A stretch of 32,966 nucleotides of DNA, taken from IMG/VR virus record IMGVR_UViG_3300032318_001202, positions 1 through 32,966 of that record, one strand, 5' to 3'. The notes under the pieces are model-generated. The model was not told the DNA's origin and ran no database searches. It saw only the letters and a program-made list of their open reading frames with translations. Below are positions 16,705 through 26,410 of the stretch, in pieces (positions within the stretch are counted from its first letter, which is position 1; every line of letters starts with the position of its first letter). Made by a program: the position numbers and the translations under genes. This stretch comes from a virus (lineage: Duplodnaviria > Caudoviricetes).

Positions 16705-17289
16705 TCAAACTTTAACTATCCAACAATTTTCCCAAGGATTTCTATAAATTACCTTATCGCCGAAAGTTTCGTCTACGGCTTTCTTAACTCCATTTTCTCC
16801 CCAGTAGTAATCGTGTCCGGAAATTATTCCACCAGGTTTAACCTTTGGCAACCAAGCATCAATATCTTGTCTTACACAATGATATTCGTGACACGCATCA
16901 ATAAAAACAATATCAATTGATCTGTCTTCAAATTCATTTGCCGCCTCAACAGAAGACTTTCTGATGGGGGTTACAACCGAAGATACTTTTTGAATATTTG
17001 TTAGGAATAGTGGGTAAAGTCTGTTTGTTTTAACAAAAGGATCATCAGTATGTTCAGCAGATCCTTCCCAAGTATCAACCGCATAACACTTAATATTTTT
17101 TCCAGAGTTTATAGCCTCTACTCCCAAATAAGCAGTACTCTTTCCCTTCCAAGAACCAACCTCAACAAAAATTGAGTTATCTTTTATATCTCGTATGAAA
17201 TCAGAATACAAGTTTGGGTATGTAAACCACCCATCCGAACTTTCGCCAGCAGTTTGTGTGTAATAGTGTTCCATCTTTACAGTTTCCAT
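16705..17289 (-). CDS. Class I SAM-dependent methyltransferase (Methyltransf_24-like)
   Basis: VEVGSWKGKS, VDTWEGS, VFIDACHEY, KPGGIISGHDY. Confidence 0.9.
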   Translation of the reverse strand: METVKMEHYYTQTAGESSDGWFTYPNLYSDFIRDIKDNSIFVEVGSWKGKSTAYLGVEAINSGKNIKCYAVDTWEGSAEHTDDPFVKTNRLYPLFLTNIQKVSSVVTPIRKSSVEAANEFEDRSIDIVFIDACHEYHCVRQDIDAWLPKVKPGGIISGHDYYWGENGVKKAVDETFGDKVIYRNPWENCWIVKV

Positions 17290-17299
17290 AATATTCCTT

Positions 17300-18127
17300 T
17301 CAGGGTAGGTTTTCTTTGAATAGAGTTATCCACCAAGACATCTTTAACTTATTCATATTAAAATTATTACGATTAGTGTAGTAATCTAATTTTTCTGTCA
17401 ATAGTTTTTCTGTTACTTCTTCCCAAGTATCAACTATCAGAACAGGAAGATCCTCATAGTATCTCGTATTATTACATCTTTTTACTATAGGTATTCTACC
17501 AAGATACAGAGTTTCCCATAGTCTGTGAGTATCTATACCCCCACCTCTTGGACATAGAACATAACTACACGATTTTATTTCATTTAGATATTTTTTATAG
17601 ATATCAATTTCAATTTCTTTATTGGTTTTATTTGAAGATGGATGGAGTTTTGATAACGCCCATGTTTTACCTTCAACAGATTTATATGCAGGAACCCTTT
17701 CTTCGGGATAATTTCCAACATAAAAATTTGCATAAGCCAAATATAAAGGAATAGACTGCTCTTCTTTTTGATGGTGATGTATTAGTTCAGTTTTAGTTAT
17801 TCTCGCATTTTCTCGTGTATACAACAAATTATTTGTATAATTTTCTAAACCTATAGGCAAACTATGAATTGCCGAATCTATAGAGCAATCTACATTTTGA
17901 CCAAACCATTTTCTAAAAAATGAAAATTGCTTTGCATAATTAAACAATTGTTGATTAACACTAAAGTCTCCAAAATGAGTTACAATATTAAATGGATGTG
18001 TTAGTCTGGGAGCAACATACTGTAAAAAATTAGGAACATGATCTATTTTTAAAGGATAATACCCTTGTAATTGCTCGGCAGCATAGATCAACCTATCACC
18101 ACAAATATAGTCACTATAATCAAACAA
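17300..18127 (-). CDS. Putative glycosyltransferase, exostosin/GT47-like
   Basis: C-terminal YVLCPRGGGIDTHRLWETLYLGRIPIV matches the exostosin-like motif. Confidence 0.65.
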   Translation of the reverse strand: MFDYSDYICGDRLIYAAEQLQGYYPLKIDHVPNFLQYVAPRLTHPFNIVTHFGDFSVNQQLFNYAKQFSFFRKWFGQNVDCSIDSAIHSLPIGLENYTNNLLYTRENARITKTELIHHHQKEEQSIPLYLAYANFYVGNYPEERVPAYKSVEGKTWALSKLHPSSNKTNKEIEIDIYKKYLNEIKSCSYVLCPRGGGIDTHRLWETLYLGRIPIVKRCNNTRYYEDLPVLIVDTWEEVTEKLLTEKLDYYTNRNNFNMNKLKMSWWITLFKENLP

Positions 18128-19034
18128 AGTTTTTTAATCCTTTACCATGAACATGAATACTCAAAATTTTTGTAATCTTACCTGTTTGTTTATCTTTAAT
18201 TACAAAATATCTTTTACCATCGGGAGTAGTTGCATCAGCAAATCCCCATTTTCCAGTTGCTAACATTTTACCAATATATTGATGTCCAAAAATTGTTCCT
18301 GGTGGATGTCCGTTATTACAACCACCAAGATGCTGCCCTATACTACTTGGATCAAATATACCGCCAACAGTTTCATAGAATTTTGATAGACTACCTTCAG
18401 TCCAAATAGGTAAAGTTGAGACATAAGATTCTCCCATTTCTATTTGAACCTGCTTCCACAAAAACATGTCAATTGAGTTTTGTCCTGTAGAATCTTTGCG
18501 ATTCATAATCTCCCAGAATTTATCGTTTATTTCAACCATAGATTCCGAATTGCGAATATAAACCATTCCAAAAATCATGGCAGTTTCATGTTCTGCGGTC
18601 ATAGCAGTTCTATAATACAACTTAGATAGTTTTTGGCCTATTTCATCCAAATCACAATAAATCATCACATCATTATCGAATGTGAATGTGTTTTTCAAAT
18701 TGTGCTTTTTCATAACGGCTTCAATGTAGAACGGTCGCATTCCGCATGCTCTCCACATAGGATCAGCATCTCCATCCCAATATCCAATAGAATCAACATC
18801 ATAACGAGCCTGTAGTTGATCTATTCTTTCCCATTGAATGTTTAATCTTTCAAAATTTTCTTTGCCATAAACATTCTCGTCATCCAAAACTACCACAATT
18901 TTTGTATTAGGAGACCACTTTCTTGCTTGCTCTAAGCAAGTCCAAATGTGATTTTCCCAAGGATTATAATAGTCCTTTGTTCTTGGATTATAAGACTTGC
19001 TTCCAATTTGAAATATAACAATTGACGAATTCAT
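18120..19034 (-). CDS. Hypothetical protein, possible GT-A glycosyltransferase
   Basis: 304-aa ORF with DxD-like FDNDVMIY, IFDPSSIGQHLGG and terminal IHVHGK; lies in the glycan cluster. Confidence 0.55.
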   Translation of the reverse strand: MNSSIVIFQIGSKSYNPRTKDYYNPWENHIWTCLEQARKWSPNTKIVVVLDDENVYGKENFERLNIQWERIDQLQARYDVDSIGYWDGDADPMWRACGMRPFYIEAVMKKHNLKNTFTFDNDVMIYCDLDEIGQKLSKLYYRTAMTAEHETAMIFGMVYIRNSESMVEINDKFWEIMNRKDSTGQNSIDMFLWKQVQIEMGESYVSTLPIWTEGSLSKFYETVGGIFDPSSIGQHLGGCNNGHPPGTIFGHQYIGKMLATGKWGFADATTPDGKRYFVIKDKQTGKITKILSIHVHGKGLKNFV

Positions 19035-19060
19035 TCTATAGTCTCCAAAATTTAATTGCT

Positions 19061-19672
19061 TTATGTATTTTGTAAGGAGGCTTTTTGTAAAGCCTTTATT
19101 CTTTGAATAGTATCGCTATAGTTGATATGCTTAAGATTTATATACCAATCCTCAAAAGGAACCCCTAAATAAAAATTTTTGGCATTTGCAGCATTTCCAG
19201 CATTATCCACTATTCTAACATAACCATTTAGTGTTAAAAGATTAAAAATATTTGCCTTAAGTTGAGTTACTTCAGGATTGCCCAAAAATACATTGTGCTC
19301 AATTGTAACAACTTTAGAAGTAAATCCCGAATCAATAAAAGATTTTAGTGCATTAAAATCTTGTCCTTCAATATCAATTGATAGATAATCAACAAGATTT
19401 GGAACATTATTCTCTTTGAGAACATCTCCCAATTTTTTACTGTTTTCACTACCATCTCCAATCCAACTTGCGGCACAGATGCAAGATCTTCCAACCATTC
19501 TGTTAGGGTCTACATCAACTATAATTCCTTTCCAACCTTTTTCTTCAAACATTAAAGTATTACTTCCGCCTTTTTGTTCGTGGCATCCTCCACCAACATC
19601 AACAAAATATCCTTGCTTCTGATCTTTTAGAACAATATCAACAAATTCATCTTGAAATGCTTCTGAATACAT
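19061..19672 (-). CDS. FkbM-like methyltransferase
   Basis: QDEFV, GYFVDVG, SNTLMFE, GWKGI, VDYLSIDIEG, VTIEHN, FEDWY. Confidence 0.8.
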   Translation of the reverse strand: MYSEAFQDEFVDIVLKDQKQGYFVDVGGGCHEQKGGSNTLMFEEKGWKGIIVDVDPNRMVGRSCICAASWIGDGSENSKKLGDVLKENNVPNLVDYLSIDIEGQDFNALKSFIDSGFTSKVVTIEHNVFLGNPEVTQLKANIFNLLTLNGYVRIVDNAGNAANAKNFYLGVPFEDWYINLKHINYSDTIQRIKALQKASLQNT

Positions 19673-19675
19673 ATT

Positions 19676-20635
19676 TTAGTCTCCCCAATTTAACCCGTCT
19701 GGCCCACCGTTTTGATAACGAGTTAAACCGTAGACAAGTCTTCCCTTTCTGGTATTTTTATTGTTTTCATCTCCGTCAATCATGTTAAAAATATTTTCTG
19801 CGATCTTCTTGTCGGGAAGAGCATTCAAATTTTTCAACCAATTCTTATGCTGATAGGTTATATCTTTTACAGCCCAAACTTTTTCTGGATCCATAAACAT
19901 ACGAACTCCTAACCAGTGAATCGGAGCATCACCCCAACGCTTGTAGTATATGTTTCCGGTCTTATCTAAATGATCGAAGTAAGACATATATTCTGGACTT
20001 CGGAAGAACGAAAACTTTCCAATTTCAAAATTGGTGTAAAATAAATTGTAGTTCCAAGTTCCATCAACTAAACGCCCCTTCAAGTAATCGTTCATCTTGA
20101 TGTTATTCTTTTCCATGAAGTCTAAGGTGGTTTCCCACAACCCTTCCGCTACACGAGGAACTTCACCATCTTCGTCGCACATATAAGCATACTCGTATCC
20201 TCTAGACTTCATTCTCTCGAATGGATCGAAATTTATTGGAGAATACAAATACGAATCAGAATCTAATCTCCAATAGTATTCGTAGTTAGCCAAGCGTTTA
20301 TCTGTGTAAATACCACCAGAGTGGAATCGGCACATATGCCTGTATCCCATCCAAAATTCATTCAAAGATACCGGGTAGTTTGATGGGTCTGAAGAAACCC
20401 ATTCCGGCATATCAAACTTTAAGTATTCAAATTTTATGTTTGGTATAAACCCTACAGTTCTATGAATTGCCACCAAAAAATTTGAAATGCTTGGCTGGTC
20501 TATGTCATCATGGAACACGACTATAGGATAGTCTTTTACATATTTAAAGTTCCAACACAACATACTCAAACTGCGGTAGAGCAATGGAAGATCCCTCATT
20601 CGGGACATGTAAATTATCGCTGCATTTTCTGCCAT
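19676..20635 (-). CDS. GT15 (Kre2/Mnt1-like) alpha-1,2-mannosyltransferase
   Basis: YRHMCRFHSG, YEYYWRLD, FDPF, FYTNFEI, FFRSPEY, RWGDAPIH. Confidence 0.88.
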   Translation of the reverse strand: MAENAAIIYMSRMRDLPLLYRSLSMLCWNFKYVKDYPIVVFHDDIDQPSISNFLVAIHRTVGFIPNIKFEYLKFDMPEWVSSDPSNYPVSLNEFWMGYRHMCRFHSGGIYTDKRLANYEYYWRLDSDSYLYSPINFDPFERMKSRGYEYAYMCDEDGEVPRVAEGLWETTLDFMEKNNIKMNDYLKGRLVDGTWNYNLFYTNFEIGKFSFFRSPEYMSYFDHLDKTGNIYYKRWGDAPIHWLGVRMFMDPEKVWAVKDITYQHKNWLKNLNALPDKKIAENIFNMIDGDENNKNTRKGRLVYGLTRYQNGGPDGLNWGD

Positions 20636-20636
20636 C

Positions 20637-21422
20637 TTAATTCCTCATCATAAAAAGTTTTTGATATGTAAACTCTATACCCGCTTCAATACCAAAAGTA
20701 TCTATCTCAGGTAAATTACTTTCACCACAATAAAACTCTAGATTTGAAGTGTTTTGTACCGTAATAGGAACAGTATACTCACCTAAAGAATTTATCATAT
20801 TTGCTATATTTTTTAAAGTGTATTTGCTTTCATACGAGCAATTCACTTCTTTGTTTGGATTGACGGATACAATGTAGTGCTTTACAAGAGCGATCAAATC
20901 CTTCATGTAAAAGAAGTCCATTATTCTATTTGTATGAATTACAATAGGTTCCTTATTCATATAGCGAGTAATGTTTGCTTTTATAAATCTAGTGTCAATT
21001 TCGTTTTCATCAAACACTCCAAAAATTCTTATATTGTAAAAGTTGTCTGTATTTCTTATAGACTCTGCAATTTCTCTTTTACTTTGACTATAGAAAGTTT
21101 GATGAAAGAATTCAGCACCTGAACCAAAATGTATAAGCCTGCCAAACTTATCTTTGTTTGACAGTAAGTTTTCATACATTTTTAAATTTTGATCTCGTAC
21201 AGAAGGATCCTCTGTTTTGAGTCTACTGCCTCCTGCTGCCGCACAATGTATTACTGAGTCAAAGGCTTTTCCTTTAAACCAAGTATTCAAAGAATCCGTA
21301 TCACACAAATCAAAATCTGTTCTAGAGATTGTGGTTACAATAAAATTGTCATCCAAGTCCCGTTTCAGACTTTTTGCAATATATCCATTACTTCCTGTAA
21401 TCAGAATACTTGGGGTTTTCAT
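20637..21422 (-). CDS. NAD(P)-dependent nucleotide-sugar epimerase/reductase
   Basis: ITGSNGYIA, HFGSGAEF, YSQSK, RIFGVF, DFFY. Confidence 0.85.
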   Translation of the reverse strand: MKTPSILITGSNGYIAKSLKRDLDDNFIVTTISRTDFDLCDTDSLNTWFKGKAFDSVIHCAAAGGSRLKTEDPSVRDQNLKMYENLLSNKDKFGRLIHFGSGAEFFHQTFYSQSKREIAESIRNTDNFYNIRIFGVFDENEIDTRFIKANITRYMNKEPIVIHTNRIMDFFYMKDLIALVKHYIVSVNPNKEVNCSYESKYTLKNIANMINSLGEYTVPITVQNTSNLEFYCGESNLPEIDTFGIEAGIEFTYQKLFMMRN

Positions 21423-21895
21423 TTTCTCAGATTTAGATAAGTTGGACTAGGATTCGCAATCATATCGTCAAGCATCTTTTTCATTGATTCTTCGTTTGTT
21501 GGGTGAAGAACTGATAAGTTTTCTAGTGTAGTCATTATTTTCTTATCATCATCTGCCCAATGCGAAAATCCCAAATATCCATAATCCCGATCTCTACCAC
21601 CACCAATAATATTCACAGGAATATTTTCGTGACTCAAATAATTACGAATCATCTCAAATGGTCTGTAAATAGCAAAAGGAGTTATGGAGTAAACAAAAGG
21701 AATTTTGCCTTCCATAGCCAATCCTATAGCCATTCCCATCATAGCCATCTCAGAAGATCCAACATTATAAAAGCGATCAGGATACTCATCTCTAATCGTA
21801 TCCCATAGCCCATAACCCAAATCACCAGTTATGAGGTAAATATCTTTATTGTGCTTCATGTGTGCGTGAAGCGAAGCGGCAAATTGCTTTCTCAT
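21419..21895 (-). CDS. Split transketolase-like subunit (pyrimidine-binding domain only)
   Basis: TGDLGY, RFYNVGSSE, GLAMEG, RPFEMIR, SH, PTYLNL; ends before the usual C-terminal domain. Confidence 0.88.
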   Translation of the reverse strand: MRKQFAASLHAHMKHNKDIYLITGDLGYGLWDTIRDEYPDRFYNVGSSEMAMMGMAIGLAMEGKIPFVYSITPFAIYRPFEMIRNYLSHENIPVNIIGGGRDRDYGYLGFSHWADDDKKIMTTLENLSVLHPTNEESMKKMLDDMIANPSPTYLNLRK

Positions 21896-22512
21896 CCTAA
21901 AATTTCCATAGCCTGCTTATAATCATAATCTCTCATAATATGATAGTGGGCGTTCAAGCCTTTCAAAAATGGAAACTGTTCTACAGTAGTGTAGTGTATT
22001 TTTACATCAGGCAAAAATGCCTTTAGTCTATTAACCAAATACTCTTTATCTACTTCCATATAAGCAGCATACCCATTCACATTAACATGAACTTCTATGT
22101 TCTTTATGTTTTGCTCATGTATTGTTTTCAACGCTTCCCAAACACTACCTTCTGCACATTCTCCATCACTAACAAGAACATAAACTTTTCTATTAGGATT
22201 TGCAACTGCTCTACCAAGAGCAACAGTAATTCCTAAACCTAAACTACCTGTAGAGCAATAAATCTTATTCTCTTCATCTCTGTGTGGATGTCCACCATGT
22301 TTTAAGAACATCTCTTCAGCATTAATCCCATGATACTTTTCCAAACAAGCATACAAAGCAAGAGCAGCATGCCCAGATGAAAGAATGAATATGTCGTCTT
22401 TACCCATCTGAGAATAAATTTCATCTATCACATTAACAGACGAAAAGTAACTACCCAAATGTCCTAGTTTATTCTTATAGGCTATATCTAGTATAATTTT
22501 TTTAAGATTCAT
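21892..22512 (-). CDS. Split transketolase-like subunit (ThDP-binding N-terminal domain)
   Basis: GHLGSYFS, FILSSGHA, GGHP, STGSLGLG, SDGECAEGSVWEA...N. Confidence 0.9.
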   Translation of the reverse strand: MNLKKIILDIAYKNKLGHLGSYFSSVNVIDEIYSQMGKDDIFILSSGHAALALYACLEKYHGINAEEMFLKHGGHPHRDEENKIYCSTGSLGLGITVALGRAVANPNRKVYVLVSDGECAEGSVWEALKTIHEQNIKNIEVHVNVNGYAAYMEVDKEYLVNRLKAFLPDVKIHYTTVEQFPFLKGLNAHYHIMRDYDYKQAMEILG

Positions 22513-22516
22513 AGAT

Positions 22517-23467
22517 TTACCAAATAAAATTATCTTTATAGTACTTCACTATATTTGTAAGTTCTTCATCAAAGTTTTTAATGGGTTCCCAACCCAAACT
22601 ACGAAGTTTTGAATCATCTAAAGCATATCTCACATCTTGTCCAGGTCTGCTATAAGAGAAGTCTATGTAATTGGAAATTTCCTTTTCACCAAGACCACTA
22701 ACTTTTAAGATTTTATTGATAGTTTCCAAATTTGATTGCTCAAACCCGCCACAAATATTGTATATCTCATTGGTTGTTTCAGACTCAATAATTGTAATTA
22801 TTGCTCGTGCGGTATCTTCGACGTGTAGCCAATTTCTTACTGGAGTGCCATTATTGTGTAGAGGTATCTTTCTACCCAAGTGCAAATACTTACAAGTTTT
22901 TGGTATCAGTTTCTCAATATATTGACCAATACCATAGTTGTTGGTGGGTCTAACAATGACATATGGAATTTTATAAGTTCTAGCCCAAGCAAGAACCAAC
23001 ATGTCGGCAGCAGCCTTGGTTGCAGAATATGGATTAGATGGCTTCAGTATATCGTGCTCGGTATGTGCGCCTTCTGTGATGTCTCCGTAAACCTCATCCG
23101 TGCTAAAATGGATAAGAGTTGGAGTTTTTCCATTTTCTTGTCTATAGTTCTTAATCAGTTCAAGTATATTATAAACACCGTTTATATTAGAACTTATAAA
23201 ATCATCGCTATTAGCAATTGAATTGCCAACATGGGTTTCAGCAGCAGTATTGATTATATAATCACAATCATACAAAAACTTTAGATCATTAATGTCGCAT
23301 TGAACGAATGAAAAATTTGGATAAAGTTTAAACTCATCCAAAAGATTATCGTTTGCAGCATAAGTCAATTTATCAACGCCCTTGACATGCCATCCTCTTT
23401 GTAAACAAAGTCGAGTGACATAAGAACCTATGAACCCTAAGCAACCTGTTACATATACAATCTTCAC
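22517..23467 (-). CDS. rmlB: dTDP-glucose 4,6-dehydratase-like enzyme
   Basis: TGCLGFIGS, DKLTYAA, AAETHV, STDEVYG, PSNPYSATKAAAD, NNYG, EKLIP, RPGQDVRY. Confidence 0.88.
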   Translation of the reverse strand: MKIVYVTGCLGFIGSYVTRLCLQRGWHVKGVDKLTYAANDNLLDEFKLYPNFSFVQCDINDLKFLYDCDYIINTAAETHVGNSIANSDDFISSNINGVYNILELIKNYRQENGKTPTLIHFSTDEVYGDITEGAHTEHDILKPSNPYSATKAAADMLVLAWARTYKIPYVIVRPTNNYGIGQYIEKLIPKTCKYLHLGRKIPLHNNGTPVRNWLHVEDTARAIITIIESETTNEIYNICGGFEQSNLETINKILKVSGLGEKEISNYIDFSYSRPGQDVRYALDDSKLRSLGWEPIKNFDEELTNIVKYYKDNFIW

Positions 23468-23501
23468 ATTTACCCCAATTTTATTGTTTCTAATAATTTA
23501 C

Positions 23502-24845
23502 TCATAGTGTGCTATTCATAATAGGAAGATGAATTCTTTTCTTTGTCAAGAAATCATCAAGAGTAGATTCAATGTAATCTAAATGTTCATCTTTTATAAC
23601 AGGACTTGTGCCTAAGAAGAAGGTGTCAGTAGTAACCTTTCTTGCGTTTGGATAGTCTCTAATAACTTTCTCCGAATCCATAAGACCTTCATACGCTGGT
23701 TGTAACATTAGATTTCCTGCAAAGTATGGTCTCGTTTGAATCTTATTCTCTTCAAAGTAATCAACAATATCGTTTCTCTTGAATGGACATCCATCCTTCA
23801 AGGTTACTGCAAAAGCAAACCAAGCAGGATCTGCCTTTTCAGTAGCCTTTGGTATTATGAAATATTCTTCATACTTTGAGAAAATTTGGCATAGTCTACG
23901 ATGATTATGCTTTCTGATTTCAATAATTTTTGGCAGTCTCTTCAACTGAACCAATCCCATAGCCGCTTGCTGATCGGTAGGCTTAAGGTTGTATCCAATC
24001 TCATCATACACATACTTGTGGTCAAATATTTCATTTGGAAGAGCAGGAAGCCAGTTTGAGAATCTCTTTTTGCAACTTCCATTCTTTAGTAGATTTGCTT
24101 GCTTACCAACACAATAGCATCCTCTACCCCACTCGCGGAAACTTCTAGCAATAGTTTCTTGATTTTTGGTTTTGCAAGAAACAAAACCGCCTTCTCCCAT
24201 AGTTATGTGGTGTGCAGGATAGAACGAACAAGAAGCAAGTTCTCCAAAACTTCCTAATTGTTTACCATCATATGTTGAACCCAAAGCATCACAACAATCC
24301 TCAAGAAGAATCAAACCATACTTCTCAACAATTTGCATTAATCTATCCATGTTTGGAGGATTGCCCAAAACATGAGCAAAGGTAATAATCTTACATCCTT
24401 CCTTTGCCTTTTCTTCAACCTGATCCAAGTTCAAGTTTAAAGTGTCTAGATCAATATCTACAAAAACAGGTTCAAATCCCACTTGAAAGATGGGATTGAT
24501 GGTTGTTGGAAATCCTGCAATAGGAGTTATTACTTTTGTTCCCTTTGGAAAATTATATAATCTTTTAGATGTCATGCAAGACATCATAATCAAATTGGAA
24601 CTACTACCACTATTTGTTAGAATACCATAATCCTTTCCCATCAAATTTGGGAATTGATTTTCAAAACGAATTCCATTCGATCCTAAAACCAACCAGCCTT
24701 CAAGTAAAGTTTTAATAGATTCGGTATATTCTTCGTGACCAAAATATGGACCCGCATATTGAACCCAATCTACACCCGCTCGCCATTTCTTGTTGGCGTG
24801 TTTTTCTTTTATGAAGTCTTCTACTGATTTTAGTATATGTTCCAT
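23502..24845 (-). CDS. rfbH: NDP-4-keto-6-deoxyglucose 3-dehydrase (RfbH/DdhC/E1, PMP and Fe-S dependent)
   Basis: NSGSSSNL, GFPTT, AHVLGNP, EDCCDALG, SFYPAHHITMGEGG (His in place of the Schiff-base Lys), WGRGCYC...C, DHKY; ATG 24845 preferred. Confidence 0.92.
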   Translation of the reverse strand: MEHILKSVEDFIKEKHANKKWRAGVDWVQYAGPYFGHEEYTESIKTLLEGWLVLGSNGIRFENQFPNLMGKDYGILTNSGSSSNLIMMSCMTSKRLYNFPKGTKVITPIAGFPTTINPIFQVGFEPVFVDIDLDTLNLNLDQVEEKAKEGCKIITFAHVLGNPPNMDRLMQIVEKYGLILLEDCCDALGSTYDGKQLGSFGELASCSFYPAHHITMGEGGFVSCKTKNQETIARSFREWGRGCYCVGKQANLLKNGSCKKRFSNWLPALPNEIFDHKYVYDEIGYNLKPTDQQAAMGLVQLKRLPKIIEIRKHNHRRLCQIFSKYEEYFIIPKATEKADPAWFAFAVTLKDGCPFKRNDIVDYFEENKIQTRPYFAGNLMLQPAYEGLMDSEKVIRDYPNARKVTTDTFFLGTSPVIKDEHLDYIESTLDDFLTKKRIHLPIMNSTL

Positions 24846-24850
24846 AGTGT

Positions 24851-26410
24851 TTAGTGTATCCCCAATCCCCAATCATTCAAGTTTGGAATGCTATATTTCT
24901 GAATATTTTCTTTGATAAATTGATATTTGTAATTTTTTGTCAATTCTTGATCTTGATAAATGTTTGTTCTAATCTTTAGCGGGAAAGAAAACTTTACAGG
25001 ATTCCAAGAAAAGTTGTTTACAGATTTGTCATATTCCTTGTAATCTATAACATCCGCATTGAATTTTATTTTATTAACATAATCTTCAATCTTCCAATAG
25101 TATTGCTTAATACCAACTGCCATCTTATCTAACCATTGAAGATGAGAAACAAAAATATGCGGTGGGGCAATCGTAACCTGATTCTTAGGAACAGGAAGAT
25201 GTTCCGAATGCATTTGTCTATTTTTAAATACTGCTCTATCACTATATGAACCTATTCTATCTACCCAATGAGTTTCCCATTTACCATCGGTTCTTATTTC
25301 ATCTTTTCCAATATATTGAATCCAATGCGTATAAAATAATGTATCCTTATTTTGATCCATCAGTTGCTTCAACTGCTCTTTCTTGACATTTCCATCAAGA
25401 TATTCATCTGAATCTAAGCAAATTATTTTATCAGAATATTTAAATGCTTCATCAAAAAGCATCTGTCTAGCATCAGATTCGATTGCCAGTTTTTCTTCTT
25501 CACGATTTATCTGTAGAATACTAAGGATATTATACTTTTTTGCATTTTCTTTCAAAAATTCATAGGTTCCATCTGTAGAAGTGTCAACCAAGAAAACAAA
25601 AGCATCTGCATATTCTTGCCAAATAGGTAACATTTCTTTAATTAAGAACAACTCATCTCTAGTTCTTGTTATCTGAACTATCAAATTGTTATTTAATTTT
25701 AGTTGCGGTGGGTTAAATCCATTTGCTTTTCTTCTATCATAAATTGCTTTATCTACACTAGAGCCAACACGCATATTGTGTTGCATCAAGTCGTCTTGAT
25801 TTTCTGCCCATTTATGAACAATAGGTCTTTTGTTTACATGAGTTAAAACACCCAAAGCCTCAAAAACTTCTGTTTGCTCGTTGTCGCACCATTCAGACTT
25901 ATAATCAGGATGATAGATGTAACCAAACTTATCATATAGTTTTCTACCAATAACGGGAAGAGTTATGAGAGTTTTGAATCCATCAACTCCCTTTTCCTCT
26001 AGCCTTGGATCATTATTGTAATTAATGGCTCCGTAAAGATCAGGAAATTCGCGGAACATATCCTGAACGATAATATCGTCCCAATGATCTTCTATTGGTT
26101 CCATATCATCCGCTGTGGCTACAAGAATATCCCAAGGGGTGTTGGGGATGTCACGATTGATGGCAGCAATCTTACCCTTACTTTCACCATAAGAGTAGAT
26201 TACATTAAGCGTATCGCTTCTCTTGATGTCTAGGAATCTTTGTATAGCACCGTTGTTGCACAGTATGTCGTCGGTGTCCATACTTACAACTAAAGTTAAC
26301 TGATGCTTACCTGACAATTTCTCAAGGTAAGAATTCAAGTTCGCCATGAACTTGGATGGACGCTGACGAGTTGGGTACTTTAAAAGAAGATGCTTCTTAT
26401 CGCTTTGCAT
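24851..26410 (-). CDS. Two-domain glycosyltransferase (GT-A / GT2-like fusion)
   Basis: N-domain PTRQRP...TADDMEP...WCDNE; C-domain TRTRDE...VDTSTDGT...CLDSDEYL; start 26410 or 26440. Confidence 0.8.
   Translation of the reverse strand: MQSDKKHLLLKYPTRQRPSKFMANLNSYLEKLSGKHQLTLVVSMDTDDILCNNGAIQRFLDIKRSDTLNVIYSYGESKGKIAAINRDIPNTPWDILVATADDMEPIEDHWDDIIVQDMFREFPDLYGAINYNNDPRLEEKGVDGFKTLITLPVIGRKLYDKFGYIYHPDYKSEWCDNEQTEVFEALGVLTHVNKRPIVHKWAENQDDLMQHNMRVGSSVDKAIYDRRKANGFNPPQLKLNNNLIVQITRTRDELFLIKEMLPIWQEYADAFVFLVDTSTDGTYEFLKENAKKYNILSILQINREEEKLAIESDARQMLFDEAFKYSDKIICLDSDEYLDGNVKKEQLKQLMDQNKDTLFYTHWIQYIGKDEIRTDGKWETHWVDRIGSYSDRAVFKNRQMHSEHLPVPKNQVTIAPPHIFVSHLQWLDKMAVGIKQYYWKIEDYVNKIKFNADVIDYKEYDKSVNNFSWNPVKFSFPLKIRTNIYQDQELTKNYKYQFIKENIQKYSIPNLNDWGLGIH

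Noticed and set aside
21419-22512. Transketolase as a pentose-phosphate auxiliary gene or a frameshifted pseudogene
   Set aside because: Clean ATGA-coupled two-gene form inside a nucleotide-sugar cluster, as seen in glycan loci
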